From Fibrobacteria bacterium (GTDB taxonomy: Bacteria > Fibrobacterota > Fibrobacteria > UBA11236): a DNA stretch of 64,000 nucleotides. Location: the NCBI GenBank assembly GCA_043745805.1, contig JAYTSD010000001.1:67680-131679 (forward strand), in the 5' to 3' direction. The translations under genes and the position numbers were made by a program. Below the pieces are notes generated by a model, which searched no databases, had not been told where the DNA came from, and saw only the letters and a program-made list of their open reading frames with translations. How positions within the stretch are numbered: position 1 is the first letter of the stretch; the number at the start of each line of letters is the position of its first letter. Below, piece by piece: positions 57,329-64,000 of the stretch.

Positions 57329-57422
57329 TTGCGGCCAAACTATTTGTCACTGAGCTTGCTGAAGTGTGGTTTTTTACTCGCTAATTGTGCTAAGGCGCTG
57401 GGACACTGAGCTTGCCGAAGTG
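57311..57422. repeat. 56-bp tandem duplication spanning the uppP stop codon
   Basis: Copy 1: tggttttttacccgctaattgcggccaaactatttgtcactgagcttgctgaagtg. Copy 2: tggttttttactcgctaattgtgctaaggcgctgggacactgagcttgccgaagtg. The core gtcactgagcttgccgaa recurs at 3121-3138. Confidence 0.7.
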
Positions 57423-57608
57423 TCATCCAAAAAGGATTTACTTGCGGTGTCCAAGGAGTTGGGATATGAAATCAATTTATAAACCTATTGGCCCGTACAT
57501 AAGAGTTGTTGACGAGCGAAATGCTGGCCATGAGGTAAATTTTTTTTTAGGACTTAGTATATCAAAACCTACTTCTCTCCAAACTCGCGACGATAGAAGA
57601 TTAAGCCG

Positions 57609-58601
57609 ATGACCAACAGCGAAATCATCTTATATCAAAACCCCGACGGCAACATCAAAATTGATGTGCGGCTTGAAGATGAAACGGTGTGGCTTACGCA
57701 AGACCAGATGGCTGCTCTTTTCGGTAAAGCGAAATCAACAATAAATGAGCACGTTAAAAATATTTATGAAGAGCTAGAGCTTGAAGAATCAGCTACCATG
57801 AAGAAATTCGGAATTTCCGAATTTCAGCAAAAATCACCAAATTTCTACAACCTAGATGTCATCATTTCAGTTGGTTACCGAGTAAAATCACCACAAGGAA
57901 CGCAATTTAGAATTTGGGCTACCCAACGCCTTAAAGAATACATCATCAAAGGTTTTGCATTAAACGACGACCGATTTAAATCGGGTAATTCGATGAATTA
58001 TTTCAACGAATTGCAAGAACGCATTCGTGAAATACGGATTTCGGAACGGTTTTTTTACCAGAAAATCAAGGACATTTATACTACTAGTATTGATTACGAT
58101 CCCAAGGATGAGAAAACTTTGGAATTTTTTAAAGTTGTGCAAAATAAACTTCTCTGGGCTCTCAGTCAGCAAACCGCAGCGGAGCTGGTGTATAGACGGG
58201 TTGATGCCAACTTACCCTTGCTGGGGATGCAATCATTCGATAAAAAGAATTCATCGAGCATTAAAAAATCGGATATTAGTGTCGCCAAGAATTATTTAAC
58301 CGAAGACGAAATGAAACTACTCGGTTTATTAGTAGAACAATATCTGGCATTTGCCGAAACCATGGCCCAGCAAAGAACGCCCATGTATATGGCGAATTGG
58401 ATTGAACGGTTGGATGTCATCCTACAACTTAACGGCAGGGAACTTCTCACGCATGCTGGGCAGATTCGCCACGAAAAAGCGCTGCAAAAATCGGAAGCTG
58501 AGTTTGAAAAATATAGGTCTTCCCAGAAACTAATTGAAAAAGAGCAAAGCTTAAAAGAGATAGAAGACGATATCAAAAAACTTATCAGGAAAAAGCCATG
58601 A
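57609..58601 (+). CDS. RhuM-family virulence/DNA-binding protein
   Basis: 330 aa. The N-terminal segment (YQNPDGNIKIDVRLEDETVWLTQDQMAALFGKAKSTINEHVKNIY...DVIISVGYRVKS) is diagnostic of the RhuM family. Confidence 0.75.
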   Translation: MTNSEIILYQNPDGNIKIDVRLEDETVWLTQDQMAALFGKAKSTINEHVKNIYEELELEESATMKKFGISEFQQKSPNFYNLDVIISVGYRVKSPQGTQFRIWATQRLKEYIIKGFALNDDRFKSGNSMNYFNELQERIREIRISERFFYQKIKDIYTTSIDYDPKDEKTLEFFKVVQNKLLWALSQQTAAELVYRRVDANLPLLGMQSFDKKNSSSIKKSDISVAKNYLTEDEMKLLGLLVEQYLAFAETMAQQRTPMYMANWIERLDVILQLNGRELLTHAGQIRHEKALQKSEAEFEKYRSSQKLIEKEQSLKEIEDDIKKLIRKKP

Positions 58602-58815
58602 AGTTTATGTGGAAATATTTGAACAAGCGGAGAATTTCAAAAAGAACAAGAATGAAATTACCAAGTGAAAGACTTCGATCACCTGTTGTCATGGATTGGA
58701 GTAACAGAAATGAAGTTAGTCGTTTTCGGGTTATTATTTCGATTTCCCAATTATTGACAATTTATTTTCGAAAACTAAGTTTTGTTTCTGCTATTTATTT
58801 TCACAAAGGAGCAAT

Positions 58816-59613
58816 ATGAAAAAGACAGCTTTAATTCTTGGACTTGGTTTAATCAAAATGAGCTTTGGCTTGGACGAGTACTTATCCATTGAAAAGGGTA
58901 AAACCGAAGTAGATGTAGGATATTGGTATTCCAGTCTTACGGGTGGATACAATGTGGATGGCAAAAAAGTGCATAATCTCAGCGGATTTGATCCTTCAGG
59001 AAATTTATTTCCTATTCAAGTTAAATATGGAATTATGGATGGCTTAGACGCAGAATTTGGAATTGCGGGCATAAAAACCAATAAAGATGCTGGTGATTTC
59101 GGGGGATTCAATCAACCTCAACTTGCAGTTAAATACTCTGACGCAAAATTGGGTTTAGGTGGGTTTGTAAATCTTATTGTTCCTTTTGCTACCGGTAATC
59201 TCGATAAACCAGAACCTGCTATGGGATTAGGGTTTGGAGCTGTTTATCAAAACCGCTTTGGTGATTTCCGTATGACAGGAATGGCTGGATACCAATTGAA
59301 TTTTGAAAATAAAGATAAACAAAAAGACGGCAATGTTTTATTGGTATACCTAAAGCCTGAAGCCATGTGGACAGAATATATTGGAACTTACTTAGGCTTG
59401 CAATATATGATGTCTGGGGAGGATGCATTTGACGGAACATCGATTAAAAAGTCCGACGCGTACCTTTTTAACATTGTGCCAGGTATAAATGTACAGTTGT
59501 TAAAATGGTTAGCTTATGAAGTGAACGCCCCAATTTCTGTTGCCGGTAAAACAGCGCCTGCTTCTTGGAGTATCGGTGGTAGCATTTATGTAACCTTACC
59601 TATGGACAAATAA
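58816..59613 (+). CDS. putative outer-membrane beta-barrel protein
   Basis: 265 aa with a signal peptide, alternating hydrophobic beta-strand pattern and G/Y-rich turns. No specific family assigned. Confidence 0.4.
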   Translation: MKKTALILGLGLIKMSFGLDEYLSIEKGKTEVDVGYWYSSLTGGYNVDGKKVHNLSGFDPSGNLFPIQVKYGIMDGLDAEFGIAGIKTNKDAGDFGGFNQPQLAVKYSDAKLGLGGFVNLIVPFATGNLDKPEPAMGLGFGAVYQNRFGDFRMTGMAGYQLNFENKDKQKDGNVLLVYLKPEAMWTEYIGTYLGLQYMMSGEDAFDGTSIKKSDAYLFNIVPGINVQLLKWLAYEVNAPISVAGKTAPASWSIGGSIYVTLPMDK

Positions 59614-59638
59614 GCTAAAGCTAAATTTTTTTTTGATG

Positions 59639-59672
59639 AACCTTCTTGTTTAACTACAAGAAGGTTTTTTTA
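59639..59672. terminator. bidirectional hairpin terminator
   Basis: aaccttcttg-tttaacta-caagaaggtt followed by T7. Between the convergent 58816 gene and the TPR gene. Confidence 0.6.
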
Positions 59673-60836
59673 TGGCTTATTCGTTTTATTTTCTCTATTT
59701 TCTTCAGCGAGCGCTTGGTATTGATCAACTTCTTGCTTTAAGGCTTTATCCTTCGGGCGTAACTTTTGGGCAGCGAGCAGTATAGAGGCGGCGCGTTCAT
59801 TATTGCCTTGTTGATGAAATTCATAAGCTAAATTCCGCAAGCCTTCCAATCCTTCATTATTTTTCAGCAACAAAGCTTTTTCATAGGCTGCTTGGCAGCG
59901 ATCCCACCATTTCGCATCGAAAGCTAAATTGCCTAAGAATACTGCGGCATCACTATAATCACTTTTAACCAATAAAGCTTTTTGTAAATACTCCATCGCT
60001 AAAAAAGGTTTTTTGTCTAAGGCTAATACATCCGCTAATTTATACATGCTTTCATAATCTTTTTCGCGTAGCGATAAACCTTCGCGATAAGCCGCAGCCG
60101 CTTGCTCTAATTGACCTTGGGTGCGATATAAATCACCGATATAAAAGAGAAAATCAATTTCATTAGGTTTGCGGGCATAGGCTTCACGAATTAAATCAAT
60201 AGCCACGGAATATTCTTTTAAGGAAGCATGTACTTCCGCGAGTTGATAAACAATGGACACGTCTTCGGGCTCTAGGTTACGGGCTTTTTCCAAAGCTTGT
60301 TGCGCACCGACAAAATCCTTGATACGTGAATAAGCATCGGCGAGGTATAACCAAGCACTGGAATTTTCGGGTTCTTCATTTAAAGCGCGGCGATAGGCGG
60401 CAATACATTCGCCATACTGTTCTAGGCGAAATAGTACGGCGGCCAAATTAAATAGTGCAGGTGTGTATTTGCCGTCGGTTAAGCGTACCGATTTTTGAAA
60501 AGCCGCAGCAGCAGGAGCTAATTGATTGAGACGGAAATAACAATTTCCAATATTGAAAGCAATGATGCCTAAATCACCGCCGCGAACCTGAGCCTTTTGG
60601 TAGAGTATAAGTGCTTTGGCATATTGCCCATGATTGTAAATATCATTCGCGCGATTTACCAAATCAATGGAGCTTTGCAAGCGAATTTCCGCAGGCGCAT
60701 TAGTTATGGTGGGCTTTGTTGAAGTTGTATTGGGAGTGGCTGCAAAGGTTAAATTTAAGGATGCATTGGAAAGTAACAAAAATGTTACCGTAACGAATAA
60801 TTTCCTATTCCCTAAAAACCTAGATTTATTTTTCAT
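59670..60836 (-). CDS. tetratricopeptide-repeat protein (TonB-system associated)
   Basis: 388 aa with a signal peptide and at least 8 TPR-like units (AxxxYxxAL / GxxxxA patterns). Last gene of the exbB-exbB-exbD-tonB-TPR cluster. Confidence 0.7.
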   Translation of the reverse strand: MKNKSRFLGNRKLFVTVTFLLLSNASLNLTFAATPNTTSTKPTITNAPAEIRLQSSIDLVNRANDIYNHGQYAKALILYQKAQVRGGDLGIIAFNIGNCYFRLNQLAPAAAAFQKSVRLTDGKYTPALFNLAAVLFRLEQYGECIAAYRRALNEEPENSSAWLYLADAYSRIKDFVGAQQALEKARNLEPEDVSIVYQLAEVHASLKEYSVAIDLIREAYARKPNEIDFLFYIGDLYRTQGQLEQAAAAYREGLSLREKDYESMYKLADVLALDKKPFLAMEYLQKALLVKSDYSDAAVFLGNLAFDAKWWDRCQAAYEKALLLKNNEGLEGLRNLAYEFHQQGNNERAASILLAAQKLRPKDKALKQEVDQYQALAEENRENKTNKP

Positions 60837-60842
60837 AGGGCC

Positions 60843-61481
60843 TCAATTATTAAACTTGACTTCAAAAGGTTGATCAAGTCCGCAATAGGCGACAGCCAAG
60901 CCATCTTTGCGCGCAGGGCTAAAAACCGTTTGCCTCAGGGCTTCGCGGCCAGCTTGCGCCATGCCAAGACCTGCGGGTTTTTCTTGAGAGACTTGAATAT
61001 CATAAGGTTTGCCGCTCGCATCTACGCAAAAAGACAAGATTAAATACGCATCTTTTTCTGCTGATTTAATTTCGGAAGGCATACGAAACGGTGGGGGAAA
61101 TGTTGCGGCAGGTCTTTCATCCACGTCACCGGAAACGCTACCACCGCCCACGCCACCATTACCACTTTTGCGATTAATAATATCCGGTGAAACTAAGGCG
61201 CCCCCTAGTCCGGCAACTCCTAAATCCATGGCGAAGCGAGGACCGGCTTTGATTTGTGTTTGCATCGGCTTGCTGCGTGTAGGTTGTTTGACTTGACGCT
61301 TGGCATTCTCTTGCGGTTTGGCGGCAAGGTTTTTCATTTCCACTTGCGCGACAATACGCGGACCTTTTTTTGCGCCTTTATCATTTATCCAATGATTAAG
61401 CAATGGAATGCAGACCACAATAAAAGCACTGGCAAATAAAGCGACGATCGCGATAAATAAGCGTTTCACTATTACCTTCAT
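60843..61481 (-). CDS. tonB: energy transducer TonB family protein
   Basis: N-terminal TM anchor, Pro/Lys-rich linker, Gly-rich spacer and a TonB_C-like C-terminus (PPPFRMPSEIKSAEKDAYLILSFCVDASGKPYDIQV...). Confidence 0.65.
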   Translation of the reverse strand: MKVIVKRLFIAIVALFASAFIVVCIPLLNHWINDKGAKKGPRIVAQVEMKNLAAKPQENAKRQVKQPTRSKPMQTQIKAGPRFAMDLGVAGLGGALVSPDIINRKSGNGGVGGGSVSGDVDERPAATFPPPFRMPSEIKSAEKDAYLILSFCVDASGKPYDIQVSQEKPAGLGMAQAGREALRQTVFSPARKDGLAVAYCGLDQPFEVKFNN

Positions 61482-61885
61482 TGGGCCATAGCCGCCACGG
61501 AGATTTTTTTTGCGCCCGCCAAATTACAAGCATCCATGACATTGACTAAAACGCCGGTATTAGAATTGCGATCGGCAACTAATACGATTTCTCCTAAGGC
61601 ATTTTCGGCCAGCATTCTTTTCAGCACATCTTTAAGGTTTTCCATATCCACTTGGCGTTCATTAACATGCACGGTACCTTCGCGCGTGATAGCCACGAGG
61701 ATACTTTGGCGATTGAGTTCGGCGGCGCTTTGGGCTTGTGGTTTATCCACCGATACGCCGGTTTCCTTGGTTAACGTGGAGGTTAAGATAGTGAAAATAA
61801 GTAATACAAAAACCACGTCAATTAAAGGGACGACATCGAGATGAAAGCCTTGGCGTTTTTTAGGTGTAATTACAAAAGATTCCAT
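61478..61885 (-). CDS. exbD: biopolymer transporter ExbD/TolR
   Basis: 135 aa. Signature LIDVVFVLLIFT, a single TM helix and a periplasmic domain. Confidence 0.8.
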   Translation of the reverse strand: MESFVITPKKRQGFHLDVVPLIDVVFVLLIFTILTSTLTKETGVSVDKPQAQSAAELNRQSILVAITREGTVHVNERQVDMENLKDVLKRMLAENALGEIVLVADRNSNTGVLVNVMDACNLAGAKKISVAAMAQ

Positions 61886-62532
61886 TATTTTTGCCTCCCC
61901 ATTGGGGTTGATTCGGGACCATAAAGTTCATTAAGCATAAGCGTAATCAAATACTCTACTTGATTTTGTAACCATTGTACGCGACCTTCTAGGCGCTGCC
62001 CTAAAAGAATTAGTACAATGGCTAAAAGTAATCCGCTTTGCGTGGCGATAAGCGCTTCGGAAATTCCATCGGCTAAAAGCGTAGGATTACCATTGCCATA
62101 TTCATTCATGACTTTAAAAGTGTGAATTAAGCCGCTAACTGTGCCGAGAAGGCCCATGAGCGGGGCAGCGGCGGCCATGACGCGAATAAGGGGTAAATGT
62201 CTTTCGAGGCCATGTAAAGCCATGGCGAGCTTTTCTTCTAATAAGCGGCGCAAAGCGCGTTCGGGTAAATGGCTGTTTTGGGTAACGATTTCAATACCGT
62301 AACGGATAAGATAAGGTGTTTTTTTAGAGAGAATATTTACTTCCGTTAAATTTCTCTGACGAATCAATATTTTTATTTTGTCGAAAATCGGATTCAAATT
62401 GACTTTCCATAAGCCAGCACCCAAATTAAAATAAGTTCCTAGTACCAAACAAAATCCCCAAAACCCCACCGAAAAAATGGGGATGATGACAAAGCCACCT
62501 TTGGCATAAGTATCGTAAATAATTTCAAACAT
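61885..62532 (-). CDS. exbB: MotA/TolQ/ExbB proton-channel protein
   Basis: 215 aa with three TM helices. Conserved (AAAPLMGLLGTVSGLIHTF) and (ISEALIATQSGLLLAIV) segments. Confidence 0.8.
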   Translation of the reverse strand: MFEIIYDTYAKGGFVIIPIFSVGFWGFCLVLGTYFNLGAGLWKVNLNPIFDKIKILIRQRNLTEVNILSKKTPYLIRYGIEIVTQNSHLPERALRRLLEEKLAMALHGLERHLPLIRVMAAAAPLMGLLGTVSGLIHTFKVMNEYGNGNPTLLADGISEALIATQSGLLLAIVLILLGQRLEGRVQWLQNQVEYLITLMLNELYGPESTPMGRQK

Positions 62533-62553
62533 CGGCGTTTCCGTAACTTAAAA

Positions 62554-64000
62554 TTATTTCTCTGGCCAAATTTTGTTTAAAACTTCTAAGCTGCAACTAT
62601 TTAGCGTAGCTTGTAAGGTATCGAGTTTTTCATTTAAAAAACCATGAATAAGTAATACCGGAATAGCAATGGCTAAACCTGTTTCCGTATTAATCAATGC
62701 TTCGGAAATACCACCCGCTAGCACTTTTGGATCATTGGCTCCCAGTTGATTGAGAATTTTAAATAAAGTGATTAAACCGGAAACGGTACCTAATAAGCCG
62801 AGCAAAGGAGCGGCTGCACCCATAGCCGCAATCAGCGGCAGTCTTTTTTCCAAGGCTGGAACTTCGCGTAATAAAGCTTCGCGTACAGCTTTCTCGGCGG
62901 CTTCGCGGCTTTCATCCACATGTTCCACAATAGCGCCTAAGGCATGGGCTAAGCTGCTCGAAGAGTCTTTGCATAAAGCATTTGCTTCTTTCCATTTTTT
63001 TTCTTTGGCGAAAGCTAAAAATTTTGCCATGAAGGATTCTGCATTGGTACTACGGCGAGCGAAATAAAAGAAACGTTCCAAAATCATCAACAAGGCTAGT
63101 AACCCCACGGCTACGAGTGGATAAAGGGTTACGCCACCTTCCTTAAACCATGTCGTCACAATTTTACCAAAACTTTGTTTTTCGCTTTGTACAAAACCCG
63201 AACCTACACTTTTGTATTGTAAAACGTCTAGTGGGAGTTCAATGCCATTTTTTCCTTGCACGGCGGACTGAATACTTTGGTTGAGTAAACGATTATAATC
63301 TTGGGCTAAATCACTGCGCCAAACAAAAGTTTTCCCTTGCAAGTTACCGGTGCGTAATAAGATTTGACTTTCGTCTTTGCCGCCCTTTTCTAATTCGGCA
63401 ATAAATATGGTTCCTAATTGTAGGCGCCAAGCATTGGCACTGCGACCGCTTGCAAAGAGTGTTTGTTTGGTAGTGAGGCTTTGGGTTGTGGTTAAAGTGT
63501 AACGTTGCAAACTAGTTTGCAAATACAAATCTAAGGCGGCGCGCGTGTCGGGATTCGTAGCGGTAATGATTTGTGTCGCTTTGGAATAACCTAAGGTACG
63601 GACATCAATACCTACGGGAATATCAATAGCCAAATTTTCGGCAGCATTATTAATGGTTTGTTTTACGGTAACATTAAAATTTTCCCAAGAGGCTTTTGCA
63701 GCTTGTAATTCACCTTCTTTATCTTTGCTTTCATTTTGCGCTTTGATGAGTTCTTCTTCTAAACGACCGACATCCGCCGAAAGTCGACTGTATTTGTCTT
63801 CCAATGCGCGAGCTTTCTCTTCCGCTTCTTTGGCTTTGGTGCTTTGCTTATAGCGATTTTCCCAACGAGTCGCTTCGGCTTTTTGCAGAGTTTCTAATTT
63901 TTCCGCTTTAAGCGATTCCAAGGCGGATAGCTCTTGCTTTAATCCCGCTAAAACCTTTTGTGTCGGATCAATTTTTTCATCCTTTGCAAAAATCGCAGTG
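62554..64000 (-). CDS. MotA/TolQ/ExbB-family protein with long N-terminal coiled-coil/periplasmic extension (5' end probably beyond window)
   Basis: The C-terminal ~200 aa are ExbB-like (AAAPLLGLLGTVSGLITLF ; ISEALINTETGLAIAIP). The N-terminal ~250 aa are coiled coil plus a periplasmic domain. The reading frame stays open upstream of the TTG at 63921 to the window edge. Confidence 0.7.
   Translation of the reverse strand, partial: TAIFAKDEKIDPTQKVLAGLKQELSALESLKAEKLETLQKAEATRWENRYKQSTKAKEAEEKARALEDKYSRLSADVGRLEEELIKAQNESKDKEGELQAAKASWENFNVTVKQTINNAAENLAIDIPVGIDVRTLGYSKATQIITATNPDTRAALDLYLQTSLQRYTLTTTQSLTTKQTLFASGRSANAWRLQLGTIFIAELEKGGKDESQILLRTGNLQGKTFVWRSDLAQDYNRLLNQSIQSAVQGKNGIELPLDVLQYKSVGSGFVQSEKQSFGKIVTTWFKEGGVTLYPLVAVGLLALLMILERFFYFARRSTNAESFMAKFLAFAKEKKWKEANALCKDSSSSLAHALGAIVEHVDESREAAEKAVREALLREVPALEKRLPLIAAMGAAAPLLGLLGTVSGLITLFKILNQLGANDPKVLAGGISEALINTETGLAIAIPVLLIHGFLNEKLDTLQATLNSCSLEVLNKIWPEK

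Noticed and set aside
57412-57612. 66-aa ORF upstream of the RhuM-family gene, considered as a possible hsdS-like fragment
   Set aside because: From memory it does not resemble HsdS N-termini convincingly. It is too short and basic to call, so it is kept only as a note under the rhuM finding.
1-64000. Searched by eye for CRISPR arrays, rRNA, tRNA and integrase/transposase genes
   Set aside because: No regularly spaced direct repeats, no tRNA-like cloverleaf candidates in the larger intergenic regions (2891-3121, 38016-38601, 39944-40036, 46954-47269) and no recombinase-like ORFs were found. A tRNAscan/Infernal run would be needed to be certain.

Overview
This 64-kb window is a low-GC bacterial chromosomal segment that is almost entirely protein-coding. 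I saw no rRNA, tRNA or CRISPR array by eye. T9SS-type C-terminal sorting tails, many sigma-54 and chemotaxis genes and a TonB/ExbBD/TPR cluster suggest a Bacteroidota/Ignavibacteria/Fibrobacteres-like lineage, but I cannot assign it from sequence alone.

Housekeeping content: mnmA, an ECF sigma factor with a YciI-like partner, a DUF1223 protein, rapA, trxB, a LemA-TPM-TPM operon, a Liv-type branched-chain amino-acid ABC transporter (livHMGF plus binding protein), an FMN reductase, uppP, and a Spy/CpxP-like gene next to an OmpR/EnvZ-type two-component pair.

Signalling content: a complete chemotaxis operon on the minus strand, with a near-consensus sigma-54 -24/-12 element upstream. Elsewhere in the window there is an orphan cheB beside a sensor-only MCP-like membrane protein. 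A further module carries two tandem paralogous multi-PAS histidine kinases, the second with an in-frame loss of its phospho-acceptor His helix, then an NtrC-type sigma-54 activator, then a perfect TGGCAC-N5-TTGCA promoter, then a small ORF, cheW and a REC/PP2C-like regulator.

Two visibly more AT-rich accessory patches carry uncharacterised tight operons. The first (42.9-47.0 kb) has four genes: a small protein, a membrane-anchored protein with an IPxxGD helix motif, and two proteins with no recognisable motifs. The second (53.0-56.4 kb) pairs a signal-less 871-aa protein, whose OmpA-like domain is interrupted by a PG_binding_1 module and which ends in a Gly-zipper-like tail, with a YwqK/MORN_2 immunity-type gene. 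Both look like candidate polymorphic-toxin/immunity or defence-like systems.

Other items: a 1255-aa lipoprotein with tandem Big_2 repeats and a beta-helix C-terminus, a 56-bp tandem duplication at the uppP 3' end whose 19-bp core recurs at 3.1 kb, a RhuM-family gene, and five rho-independent terminators.
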